Part shown: positions 8,994 through 18,197 of the stretch, in pieces
How the letters are laid out: every line of letters begins with the position of its first letter
How positions within the stretch are numbered: the stretch's first letter is position 1
Assembly (NCBI GenBank): GCA_947168885.1
Contig: CAMVNQ010000003.1
Coordinates: forward strand, 189,140-253,139
Reading direction: 5' to 3'
Source of the DNA: an uncultured Clostridia bacterium
GTDB lineage: Bacteria > Bacillota > Clostridia > Oscillospirales > Ruminococcaceae
Length of the DNA: 64,000 nucleotides
Position numbers and translations under genes: made by a program
Notes under the pieces: generated by a model
The model's input: only the letters and a program-made list of their open reading frames with translations
Database searches by the model: none
What the model was told of the DNA's origin: nothing

Positions 8994-10388
8994 TCACTTA
9001 TTCTGTAACGGAAGAGTTATGATGATCTCGGTACCTTCACCAAGGACACTGCTTATGTCTATCGAGCCGCCGTGTATGCGGATTATCTCGTCTGCGACCG
9101 CAAGACCGATACCGGAGCCGCGCACGGTGTTGTTGGCTTTATAGAACTTCTCCTTGACGTGCGGAAGGTCACTCTCCGCTATGCCGACGCCGTCGTCCTT
9201 GACGGAGATACGGATCTTTCCGCCGCTTATCGACGTGCTTACATGGGTATGACCGCCTTTTTTGCCGTACTTTATCGAGTTGTCGATAATGTTGATGAAC
9301 ACCTGACGCAGACGGTTCTTGTCGCCGTAAACTATGGCTATATCCTCGCTGTCGGAGATCGTAAGCTCTATCTGCTCCTCCTTCGCGCGCTCCTCATACA
9401 TGAGCACCGCGTCGGCAAGCTCGGCGATAACATCAAGGTTCGCCCGCTGAAGCGAGAAGTGACCGTTCTGTATGCGCGAGAAATCGAGAAGCTCCTCGAC
9501 CATTTCCGAAAGCCTTCCCGTTTCCTTGTTGATTATCTGCATTCCCTTGCGGCGGGTTTCGGTATCGTCGATCTCCTCCAGCGTCTCGCTCCAGCCCTTT
9601 ATAGCCGTAAGCGGGGTGCGGAGCTCGTGAGACACCGACGAGATGAACTCATTCTTGATATTCTCCGAGTGCTCAAGCTCGTCCGCCATATAGTTGAAGA
9701 TGTTACAGAGCTCACCTATCTCGTCGGAACTCTCATTTCTTATGCGCACCGAGAAATCGCCTGCCGCGAGCTTTCGCGCAGTGAAACCGACACGGTGTAT
9801 CGGCTGGACGATACTTCTTATGAAGTATATACCTATTACGAACAGAAGAAGCAATATGACCGCGCTGACTGCAAGGACACCGAGAGTTATCGCAACGACC
9901 TGTGCATCGATCTTGTCAAGGGACGCAACTATGCGTATTGCACCGCCGGAAAGCGTATTCATGACCGTGTAAGCCATGTACTTCTCGCCGCTTGAAAATT
10001 TGCCGACGTAATAGCCGCTGTGGCTGTCGGACCTCGCCGCGTCTTCGTAATCGGGCATATCGTAATTGTCCGCAGGGGTGAAGCCGCTGCTTGAAAGATA
10101 TACCTTTCCGTCGCGGTTTATCGCCATGAGCTCGGCATGGTTCTTCTTCTCGAACTGTTCTACCGAGTTGATTATCTCGTCGGAAGAATCCGGTCCCGAC
10201 TCCTCATACAGCCTGTCAACGACGCCGACGACTATGTTCGCCTGTGTTGCGATGTACTGCTGGGCTGCGCCGTAGTAATATCCGCGTATTAGGAAAAATC
10301 CCGAAATATCAAGAATAACGAGCAGCACCGCGACTATGCCGAAGCTTCCGAGAAACCAGCGCGCGGCGATGCTTCTTCCGCGTTTCAT
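8994..10388 (-). CDS. HAMP-containing sensor histidine kinase, translationally coupled to iorB
   Basis: ATG at 10388 overlaps iorB TGA (ATGA); SHELRTPL, DNSIKY, GSGIGLA. Confidence 0.9.
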   Translation of the reverse strand: MKRGRSIAARWFLGSFGIVAVLLVILDISGFFLIRGYYYGAAQQYIATQANIVVGVVDRLYEESGPDSSDEIINSVEQFEKKNHAELMAINRDGKVYLSSSGFTPADNYDMPDYEDAARSDSHSGYYVGKFSSGEKYMAYTVMNTLSGGAIRIVASLDKIDAQVVAITLGVLAVSAVILLLLFVIGIYFIRSIVQPIHRVGFTARKLAAGDFSVRIRNESSDEIGELCNIFNYMADELEHSENIKNEFISSVSHELRTPLTAIKGWSETLEEIDDTETRRKGMQIINKETGRLSEMVEELLDFSRIQNGHFSLQRANLDVIAELADAVLMYEERAKEEQIELTISDSEDIAIVYGDKNRLRQVFINIIDNSIKYGKKGGHTHVSTSISGGKIRISVKDDGVGIAESDLPHVKEKFYKANNTVRGSGIGLAVADEIIRIHGGSIDISSVLGEGTEIIITLPLQNK

Positions 10389-10960
10389 ACTCCGCGGCCG
10401 AGCGCGAACGCCTTCTTGTTGATCTCCATAGCCTTCTTCGGAACACACGCGTCAAGAGCTGCCTGCCATGCTTCTTCGGGGAAGCCGGCAGTCTTCGAGA
10501 TAAGCCCCATGAGCACGACATTGACCGCACGCGAGCTTCCTGCCTGCTCGGCAAGAGAAAGCGCGTCTATCGCGGTAATATCAACACCCTTTGCGCGGAT
10601 CTTTTCGGTAAGGTTTTCGGGATATTCCTGAACGCCCATTATAACGGGCATCGGGTTTATCTGCTGAGAATTTGTGATGATCTTGCCGCCCTTTTTGAGG
10701 TACGGGAGCCAGCGCGCAGCTTCGAGCTCCTCGAACGAGATTATCACATCAGCCTCGCCCTTTTCGATAACGGGCGAGAAGATCTTGTCGCCGTACTTGA
10801 TGTATGTTACGACGGAACCGCCGCGCTGCGACATTCCGTGAACTTCGCTCACCTTTACGTCATATCCCGCGGAGAGAAGCACGTTTCCGAGTATGCGGCT
10901 CGCAAGGAGCGTTCCCTGTCCGCCGACACCGACGAGCATTATTGCTTTTGTTTCAGCCAT
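10385..10960 (-). CDS. iorB: Indolepyruvate ferredoxin oxidoreductase beta subunit
   Basis: GVGGQGTLL and HGMSQRGGSV motifs. Confidence 0.93.
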   Translation of the reverse strand: MAETKAIMLVGVGGQGTLLASRILGNVLLSAGYDVKVSEVHGMSQRGGSVVTYIKYGDKIFSPVIEKGEADVIISFEELEAARWLPYLKKGGKIITNSQQINPMPVIMGVQEYPENLTEKIRAKGVDITAIDALSLAEQAGSSRAVNVVLMGLISKTAGFPEEAWQAALDACVPKKAMEINKKAFALGRGV

Positions 10961-10976
10961 TTTGCGTTACCTCCCC

Positions 10977-12716
10977 TTATTCCTCTATTGCGCCGAACCT
11001 GCACATCTGTGTGCAGAGTCCGCAGCCTACGCAGAGCGTGTTGTCTATCTGTGCCTTGCCGTCGGTTATCGAGATAGCGGGGCAGCCTATCTTCATGCAC
11101 GCCTTGCAGGTCTTGCACTTGTCCTTGTTTACCTTGAACGGCGGGTTGTGCTTTACCGTCTTGAGAAGTGCGCAGGGCTTTCTGCAAATAATCACGCTCG
11201 GAGCGTCCGCAGCAAGCTCTTCCTTTATCACACGCTCGGTCTCGGCGAGATCGCCGGGGTTGATAACGGTGACGCGGTCGATGCCGACAGAGTGGCAGAG
11301 CGCCTCAAGATCGACAGCCGCAGCAGGGTCACCGTAGATGTTCTTGCCGTTCGCAGGGTTGTTCTGGTGACCGGTCATGCCCGTGATGCTGTTATCGAGG
11401 ATAAGTACGGTGGAATTGGTGCGGTTGTACGCTATGTTTATAAGTCCGGTGATGCCGGAATGAATGAATGTCGAGTCGCCGATGACCGCAACAGCCTTGC
11501 CCTCATACTCGCCGCGCATAGCCTTGTTGAAGCCGTGAAGTCCGCTCACGGAAGCACCCATACAGACAGTGGTGTCCATAGCTTCGAGCGGAGCCGCCGA
11601 ACCGAGTGTGTAGCAGCCGATGTCGCCGCTTACGAACACGCCGAGCTTCTTCAGCGTATAGAACACGCCGCGGTGAGGACAGCCTGCGCACATTACAGGC
11701 GGACGTACCGGAATAGTATCTTCGAGCTGAACGAACTCGTTCTTCTCTCCGAGTATCTTTTCGCGCAGGTATGTCTGGGAATATTCGCCGATGAATGTGA
11801 AAAGCTCCTTTCCGATCGGATCAAGCCCTATCTTGCGGCAGTGCGTTTCGATAATGTCGTCAAGCTCCTCGACAACGTAGAGCTTCTTCACCTTTGCGGC
11901 GAAATCCTTTATGAGCTTTACGGGGAGGGGGTTGACCATACCGAGCTTCAAGTAGCTTGCCTTCTCGCCGAGAGCCTCGCGTGCGTACTGATAAGCTGCG
12001 CCGTTGGCTATGATGCCGATCTCGTCGCTGAACATCTCGACTCTGTTGAGGGGAGAAGTCTCCGCATATTCACGAAGTTTCTTTGTGCGCTCCTCAACGA
12101 TGATGTGCTTCGGCTTTGCGTTCGCCGGAGTCATGATGTTCTTGCGCGGATTTTTTGTATAATCGTATCTTACGGTCTTTCTGTCTTCAAGCTCAACTAT
12201 GCTCTGAGAGTGAGCGACACGGGTAGAAAGACGAAGAATAACGGGAGTGTCGAACTGCTCCGATATTTCGTATGCGAGTTTTGTGAACTCCTTGCATTCG
12301 CCGGAATCCGACGGTTCGAGCATAGGCACTTTTGCGCCGATAGCGTGGTTGCGCGAATCCTGCTCATTCTGCGAGGAATGCATACCCTGGTCATCCGCGA
12401 CCGCGAGTACAAATCCGCCGTTAACGCCGGTGTAGGATGCTGTGTAGAGCGGATCGGCGGCTACGTTGAGACCAACGTGCTTCATAGCGCAGAAAGAACG
12501 TCTTCCCGCGAACGAAGCGCCTATTGCCGCTTCACAGGCTACCTTCTCGTTCGGAGCCCATTCGCTGTACATTTCGTTTTTGTCGTAAGTGGAAGCAAAT
12601 TCCGTTATCTCGGTGCTGGGGGTTCCGGGATAGCTCGAAACGAACTCAACGCCCGCTTCATACAATCCTCTCGCCACAGCCTGATTTCCGAGCATCAGAC
12701 CTGCCATAATAACCAT
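10977..12716 (-). CDS. iorA: Indolepyruvate ferredoxin oxidoreductase alpha subunit
   Basis: YPGTPSTE, RPPVMCAGCPHR, GDIGCY, TPP-binding GDSTF, two C-terminal 4Fe-4S motifs. Confidence 0.95.
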   Translation of the reverse strand: MVIMAGLMLGNQAVARGLYEAGVEFVSSYPGTPSTEITEFASTYDKNEMYSEWAPNEKVACEAAIGASFAGRRSFCAMKHVGLNVAADPLYTASYTGVNGGFVLAVADDQGMHSSQNEQDSRNHAIGAKVPMLEPSDSGECKEFTKLAYEISEQFDTPVILRLSTRVAHSQSIVELEDRKTVRYDYTKNPRKNIMTPANAKPKHIIVEERTKKLREYAETSPLNRVEMFSDEIGIIANGAAYQYAREALGEKASYLKLGMVNPLPVKLIKDFAAKVKKLYVVEELDDIIETHCRKIGLDPIGKELFTFIGEYSQTYLREKILGEKNEFVQLEDTIPVRPPVMCAGCPHRGVFYTLKKLGVFVSGDIGCYTLGSAAPLEAMDTTVCMGASVSGLHGFNKAMRGEYEGKAVAVIGDSTFIHSGITGLINIAYNRTNSTVLILDNSITGMTGHQNNPANGKNIYGDPAAAVDLEALCHSVGIDRVTVINPGDLAETERVIKEELAADAPSVIICRKPCALLKTVKHNPPFKVNKDKCKTCKACMKIGCPAISITDGKAQIDNTLCVGCGLCTQMCRFGAIEE

Positions 12717-12745
12717 TCCTTTCTTTTTAAAGCGATATTTATACT

Positions 12746-12774
12746 ATTATATCACAAACCCATAAATTTTGCAA
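12746..12774 (-). promoter_or_regulatory. Promoter of iorA operon
   Basis: TTGCAA-17-TATAAT. Confidence 0.6.
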
Positions 12775-12854
12775 TACCAAATATTCCCGCGATTCACGAA
12801 AAACCGCGGGAATAAACAGGAAACTATCGTTATTTACACGCGAAGCGTTCTGCG

Positions 12855-12973
12855 TGTCGCGCCCGCGACCGCGGGTTCCAAGGGCGGCGCAAGCCCTTGG
12901 TCAGGGTGATAGGGGTGAAACCCCTATCATCATGTTGTTCTGCGGGGGTTCGGGGGCGGCAGTCCCCGGGACA
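12855..12973. repeat. GC-rich REP-like hairpin cluster (copy B)
   Basis: GGGTT-CCAAGGGC/GCCCTTGG-TCAGGG-TGATAGGGG/CCCCTATCA modules. Confidence 0.6.
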
Positions 12974-12975
12974 CA

Positions 12976-13893
12976 TCACGCCGCTTTTTCAAGCGATTCT
13001 TCTTTCGGCTTGTCCTTCTTCATGAGAAGTATGATGCAGACGATGCCGACAACTACGCCGATAGTACCTATAAACGGCAAAAATGTCTCGATCGCGGACA
13101 GACCTTCAAGTCTCTGCATCGCTTCCTCGTTTGAGAATAACGAGAACATAATACCCATGCCGAGATTATTGTTCAGCGCGTGTGTGAACGCCGCGGGATA
13201 TACCGACTTCGTCTTCTCCGTGATAAGCGTAAGGAACGCATTCATTACCGTACACATAAGACACATCATACCTATGCCGACGAACGGATAGCCCGGATAG
13301 TCAACCCCGAAATTGTGCCCTGCAACAGTGAGCGGTGCGTGCCAGAGTCCCCATATCACTCCGCCGACGATCACGGCGACCGGCTTCGGCATGAGCTCCA
13401 TGAGCTTCGGCATCATATACCCGCGCCAGCCCCATTCCTCGCCGAACGCCGGGAAAAAGCATATCACCGAGTACCCGAGCTGGAGCATGAGCAGTCCTAT
13501 GCTCTGCATATTTACGTTATTGAACGTGTCGCCGAAGCTGATATCGTTCATGTAAAGCGCCCAGATCAGAAATACGGTAAGGGAAGAATATGCGAGCGGG
13601 GCGATCACCGAAGCCGCGAAATATCCCATTTTTCCCTTTGTGTTCAGTCCGAGGTAAGTGTTTTTAAATCCCTCTTTTGTCACAAGTCGGGTGATAATAT
13701 GTGCTATCGACGGTATCATCATACCGAACACGCCGACACAGTAATTCGCGACGGCCGCGTCGGGATTTTCAGAAACAAATATCGGCTCGCCGAAATATGA
13801 CCACATCACCGGAACAATGATATAGAACGGAAAGAACGCAAGTATAAGGAAGATCACAAGACGCTTTACGGTAATCTTCTTACTATTGCTCAT
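12976..13893 (-). CDS. CPBP (Abi/CAAX) family intramembrane metalloprotease
   Basis: GEEWGWRG, WGLWHAP and HALNN motifs. Confidence 0.9.
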   Translation of the reverse strand: MSNSKKITVKRLVIFLILAFFPFYIIVPVMWSYFGEPIFVSENPDAAVANYCVGVFGMMIPSIAHIITRLVTKEGFKNTYLGLNTKGKMGYFAASVIAPLAYSSLTVFLIWALYMNDISFGDTFNNVNMQSIGLLMLQLGYSVICFFPAFGEEWGWRGYMMPKLMELMPKPVAVIVGGVIWGLWHAPLTVAGHNFGVDYPGYPFVGIGMMCLMCTVMNAFLTLITEKTKSVYPAAFTHALNNNLGMGIMFSLFSNEEAMQRLEGLSAIETFLPFIGTIGVVVGIVCIILLMKKDKPKEESLEKAA

Positions 13894-14611
13894 AGTTCTC
13901 CGCCCCCTTTCTGAAGATCCTGACAGACAGCTTGCACGACAGATAATATGCGGCTACCGAGATAAACGGGAACAGCCCGATAAAGAATACCGTGTTTCCG
14001 TTCTGAAGCATATCCATAATGCCCTTAATGGGATCTTCCGCGTCGAGCATCCACGAAATATCGCCGAACAGGAAGTATATCACACCAAGCATCAATACGC
14101 TTGCCACAACCGCACCCTTTATTTGCATTCCGTGATCCGAGCCGAAGCGTATCATGAACGGTATCTCCACCGCCGAAACCAGCAGTCGCCAGCAGAATAT
14201 CAGGACAAGCACGAGCGTGAGCGAGATCATGCCGCCGGTCATGGCTGTTGAGAATACATCGGTCAGAAATCCCATAAACAGTATCGCGAGGTTTACAATA
14301 AGAATGTAGTAGTATTTCGACTCGACATGTCCTTTCGCGCCGGCGGGAGAGGACATTACGAACGCACAGGCAGGCTTCCCCTCGTCAGTTCTGAAAACCT
14401 CGCCCGATGCCATTGCGGGAAGCATAGAACCGAGATAGTAAACCAGCGTGAAGACGAATATCGTTTCCCGCACAACATCTTCGTTAAGTTCTTTGCCGCC
14501 CGTGAATATGAGCATCAGGATTATCACGAGCGAGCAAACAGCCTGCGTTATAAGAGAGAAGATGAATGATGCGCGGTTGACGTAGAAGTTTTTATAAAGC
14601 AGTCCCGACAT
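13883..14611 (-). CDS. ABC-2 family permease
   Basis: Six-TM hydrophobic protein, GLLYKNFY start, within ytr-like operon. Confidence 0.75.
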   Translation of the reverse strand: MSGLLYKNFYVNRASFIFSLITQAVCSLVIILMLIFTGGKELNEDVVRETIFVFTLVYYLGSMLPAMASGEVFRTDEGKPACAFVMSSPAGAKGHVESKYYYILIVNLAILFMGFLTDVFSTAMTGGMISLTLVLVLIFCWRLLVSAVEIPFMIRFGSDHGMQIKGAVVASVLMLGVIYFLFGDISWMLDAEDPIKGIMDMLQNGNTVFFIGLFPFISVAAYYLSCKLSVRIFRKGAENYEQ

Positions 14612-15402
14612 TACTTCTCCCTCCTTTTGTAAAGTCCGTACATCGCCACGAAGCCGAGCGCAAAAACGCCGAGCACTATCAGCGGCAAAAACGGCATAAG
14701 CGTCTCGCAGAACGCTATGATGCTATCAATCTCTATTTCCTCGTTGTGCTTGCCCATTCCGTTAACAAACGCGTATATCCACATCGGCACCATTATCGTT
14801 CCGAGAAGCGCGAGCATACCCTTTTCCGCACTGTGCAGGATCATCGTGTATATCTGCCCGAGCGTACAGAACAATGCCATTAACGCGACCACAGATAAAG
14901 CGAGCGCGTATTCGCCGCTTGTTACGCCCTTGCCCTGCACCGCGCCGACTATGTTCATATACAGCACAGCAAGGACGATCGAGATGCATAAGTATATCAG
15001 ACTCATCACAGTCTTTGCCGCCGCTCGTCTCACGGGTGACACAGGTGAACAGCGGGCAAAACGCTGCCACGAAACGAGCTCGTCACGTCCCGATACGGAA
15101 ACTCCCGCCATTAAGAACTGACAGCCCATTATCACGGGTAACAGCTTCATCATAGCGAAAATACTCTCGCGCATCGCCGATATCTTTTCCTCGTTGAGCA
15201 GGCGGGCTTCCTCGGTCTCAGCGTTCCCAAAAGTGTATTGTATAAATTTTCCGATGTTTCCGTGCTCGAAGCTTATCATAACAAGTACACAGAACAACGC
15301 GAACGCGAAGAACAATATTGTTCCCAAACGCATATCTTTTTTCGCAAGATATACCTCGCGGTAAAGAAGATTTCCGAACTTTCCTCTCTTGATGCTCTCC
15401 AT
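14611..15402 (-). CDS. ABC-2 family permease
   Basis: TAATG coupling to the ATPase and to the next gene; multi-TM. Confidence 0.75.
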   Translation of the reverse strand: MESIKRGKFGNLLYREVYLAKKDMRLGTILFFAFALFCVLVMISFEHGNIGKFIQYTFGNAETEEARLLNEEKISAMRESIFAMMKLLPVIMGCQFLMAGVSVSGRDELVSWQRFARCSPVSPVRRAAAKTVMSLIYLCISIVLAVLYMNIVGAVQGKGVTSGEYALALSVVALMALFCTLGQIYTMILHSAEKGMLALLGTIMVPMWIYAFVNGMGKHNEEIEIDSIIAFCETLMPFLPLIVLGVFALGFVAMYGLYKRREK

Positions 15403-16280
15403 TATGACCACTCCTTTTTGTCTCTGTTGACGTAGAACAGCATTATCTCCTCCAGCGTGGTCTTTTCTATCGTCGCGCCGGAATATTTCTTCGCCGCCGC
15501 AGTTCTGTCCGCGGTGAGAATCTCCGCGCCGAAGTCATTCACACGCGCGCTGATAAAATCGGCGGGCGCGATCTCCTTGTACTCCGCCTTTGTGCATTTT
15601 ATAACACCGTGGCTGTCAAGAATATCGTCCTTATAGCCCGTAAGCAGAATCTTTCCCTTGTCTATGAATGTCACGCTGTCCGCTATCTTTTCAAGGTCGC
15701 TTGTGATGTGCGAGGACATAAGGATAGAGCGGTCGCCCTCCATAAGATACTCGCGGAACATATCGAGTATCTCGTTTCTTACAACGGGGTCAAGTCCCGT
15801 CGTAGCCTCGTCCATTATCAGAAGTTCGGCATTGTGCGATAGCGCGGTCGCTATCTGCATCTTCATCTTCATGCCTTTTGAGAATTTTCCGAGCTTCTTC
15901 TTTGTCGGAAGCCCGAACCTGTCACACAGAGCAAAGAACTTCTTCTCATCCCACGCCCCGTACAGTCCCGCGAACATTTTCGAGAGCGCGGTACCGGTGA
16001 AGCTGTCGTGGAAAGGGAGCTCATCGAACACCACGGCGACGCGCTCCTTTATATCGTACTCGTATTTTATATGGTCGAGCCCGAGCATATTTATCTCGCC
16101 GCTGTCTGTTTTTATTATGTTGAGCAGAGAGCGTATGGTCGTGGTCTTGCCAGCGCCATTCTGTCCGATAAAGCCCATTATCGAGCCTTTCGGCACCGCG
16201 AAGCTCACGCTGTCGAGCGTAAAGCCGTCATATTTCTTGGTGAGTCCGTTGATCTCAATTGCGTTTTCATAATCAGTCAT
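15402..16280 (-). CDS. ABC transporter ATP-binding protein (YtrB-like)
   Basis: GQNGAGKTT, FSKGMK signature, LIMDEATTGLD. Confidence 0.93.
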   Translation of the reverse strand: MTDYENAIEINGLTKKYDGFTLDSVSFAVPKGSIMGFIGQNGAGKTTTIRSLLNIIKTDSGEINMLGLDHIKYEYDIKERVAVVFDELPFHDSFTGTALSKMFAGLYGAWDEKKFFALCDRFGLPTKKKLGKFSKGMKMKMQIATALSHNAELLIMDEATTGLDPVVRNEILDMFREYLMEGDRSILMSSHITSDLEKIADSVTFIDKGKILLTGYKDDILDSHGVIKCTKAEYKEIAPADFISARVNDFGAEILTADRTAAAKKYSGATIEKTTLEEIMLFYVNRDKKEWS

Positions 16281-16659
16281 TGCCGTTTTCCTCCTCGTAC
16301 ATAAGCTCGATCATCTCTTTGAGCTCGCCGGTGGTAAGCCCGCACATACGGGCTTTGTCGCACGCCTTCGCAAGCAGGTCTTCGATCTGCCTTACCGTCT
16401 CCTCACGCAGGAAATCCGTGTTCTGCGACTTTACGAAGCAGCCCTTTCCCGCATAGTTCTCGATGTAGCCGTCGCGTTCGAGCTCCTCATACGCGCGCTT
16501 TGTCGTTATGACGCTGATACGGAGCTGAGATGCGAGCGTTCTCATTGACGGAAGGGCGTCCCCTGCCGTAAGAGTGCCGTTCATTATCTGCTCCTTTACC
16601 TGCGAGACTATCTGCTGATAGATAGGCTCATCTGATGAGTTTTTTAATACTATATCCAT
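16273..16659 (-). CDS. GntR family regulator (YtrA subfamily)
   Basis: PIYQQI, LPSMRTLA, SVITTKRAYEELE; ATG at 16659 after GAGG. Confidence 0.92.
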   Translation of the reverse strand: MDIVLKNSSDEPIYQQIVSQVKEQIMNGTLTAGDALPSMRTLASQLRISVITTKRAYEELERDGYIENYAGKGCFVKSQNTDFLREETVRQIEDLLAKACDKARMCGLTTGELKEMIELMYEEENGND

Positions 16660-16673
16660 GTGCACCTCAATAT

Positions 16674-16803
16674 TGTATATATACGTTATACACAGTATAG
16701 CATACACATACACACTTGTCAATAGTTTTTTGGAAAAATAATAAAAAAACTATTGACAAAACAAAAAACATCTGTTATAATACAATTGTTATATAACAGA
16801 TGT
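16674..16803. promoter_or_regulatory. Back-to-back promoters with palindromic operators
   Basis: Minus TTGACA-17-TATACT (16694-16722); plus TTGACA-17-TATAAT (16753-16781); ACATCTGTTAT/ATAACAGATGT inverted repeat (16768-16803); TGTAT..ATACA at 16674-16692. Confidence 0.7.
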
Positions 16804-16824
16804 AATTTTATGGAGATGATATCA

Positions 16825-17391
16825 ATGCCGCCAAAAGCCAAAATCACTAAGGAAATGGTAATAGACGCAGGGCTGAACATAGTCCGCGAAGACGGACAGG
16901 AAAACCTGAACGTCCGGAGCATCGCCGCAAAGCTCGGCTGCTCTACCCAGCCCGTGATGTACCACTACGAGACCGTGAACGATCTAAAAGCCGATATCTA
17001 CGCCGCTGCCGACAGTTTTCACACCGGGTTCATCACATCACCCGAGCAGGGCACAGACGACCCTATGCTTTCGATAGGACTTCGCTATATTCGTTTCGCC
17101 GACGATGAAAAGAACCTGTTCCGTTTCCTCTTCCAGTCCGACAAGTTCCGCAATACCGGATTCAGAGAGCTCATCGGGGCGGAAGGAAACCCCGCGATAA
17201 AGCCGCTCTGCGAAGCCGCAAAACTCACCGAGGCGCAGGCAAAGGAAGTTTTCGCGACACTTTTTATCTGCGTTCACGGTATAGCAAGCCTTCTCGCGAA
17301 CAACTCAATAGAGTATGACGAAGAATATTTTTCGGGATTGCTCCGCAACACGCTTTTCGGCGCAGTCGCCGTTCTGAAAGGAAGTAACTGA
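16825..17391 (+). CDS. TetR/AcrR family regulator (WHG-like C-terminus)
   Basis: MPPKAKIT, LNVRSIAAKLGCSTQPVMYHY HTH. Confidence 0.9.
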   Translation: MPPKAKITKEMVIDAGLNIVREDGQENLNVRSIAAKLGCSTQPVMYHYETVNDLKADIYAAADSFHTGFITSPEQGTDDPMLSIGLRYIRFADDEKNLFRFLFQSDKFRNTGFRELIGAEGNPAIKPLCEAAKLTEAQAKEVFATLFICVHGIASLLANNSIEYDEEYFSGLLRNTLFGAVAVLKGSN

Positions 17392-17392
17392 T

Positions 17393-18148
17393 ATGAAAAA
17401 ATTATTTGACAAAAACGAAGTTACGTTTGCTGTAATAATGATAGTTATATACGTCGTCGGTTCAAGCCTTATGATGAATCTGTCCGAGCTCATCGGCATA
17501 CAGTTCCTCGCCGAAACGGTATTCGACCTTGTTCTCGCCGTTGTGATCTTCGCATTTATCAAAAAGAACGGTCTTATGCAGTACCTCGGGCTCTGCAAAA
17601 GCAGCGTTCCCGCATCGAAAATGCTGTTCTATATCCCGCTTTTCGTTATCGGAGCATTCCCCGCGTTCTTCGGCGCAGGGCTCGGCTATGACCCGCTCGG
17701 AATGGTGCTCCATACGGTTATGATGATACTCGTCGGCTTTCTTGAGGAGGTCATATTCCGCGGTCTTCTATTCAAAGGAATAGCGAAGCAGAACATCACC
17801 CGCGCGGTTATAATATCGGCTGTGACGTTCGGCGCCGGACATATCGTAAACCTGATATTCAACCACTATGATATCTTCGACAGCATCACACAAATAATCT
17901 ACGCTGTTGCGGTGGGCTTCATGCTCGTGTTCATCTTTATGCGTACAGAAAGCATAGTAGCCTGCATCGCGTTCCACGGTTTCAACAACGCCATGACCGC
18001 GTTCTCCACCGGAAACGTGCTTAAAAACGCACTCGGCAGCGAACAGACCGCCGAGATGATAATGCTTGCTGCTATGGTAACAATTACCCTGTTATATACA
18101 TTGTACGTTGCGAAAGCGTTCCCGAAGCGCGAACCCGCAAACAGATGA
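17393..18148 (+). CDS. CPBP family intramembrane metalloprotease
   Basis: GFLEEVIFRG, FGAGH and FHGFNN motifs. Confidence 0.88.
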   Translation: MKKLFDKNEVTFAVIMIVIYVVGSSLMMNLSELIGIQFLAETVFDLVLAVVIFAFIKKNGLMQYLGLCKSSVPASKMLFYIPLFVIGAFPAFFGAGLGYDPLGMVLHTVMMILVGFLEEVIFRGLLFKGIAKQNITRAVIISAVTFGAGHIVNLIFNHYDIFDSITQIIYAVAVGFMLVFIFMRTESIVACIAFHGFNNAMTAFSTGNVLKNALGSEQTAEMIMLAAMVTITLLYTLYVAKAFPKREPANR

Positions 18149-18197
18149 CACGAACGCCCCGGTCGGCAGGAATGCCGTTCCGGGGCGCTTTTGTCAT
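18145..18197. terminator. Bidirectional terminator between convergent genes
   Basis: ATGAC..CGCCCCGG/CCGGGGCG..GTCAT stem. Confidence 0.6.

Noticed and set aside
10893-12815. Long plus-strand ORFs (also 24-845, 4216-5925, 9072-9995, 18980-20083, 59106-60710)
   Set aside because: Antisense shadows of well-supported genes, without RBS or motifs; expected from this codon bias
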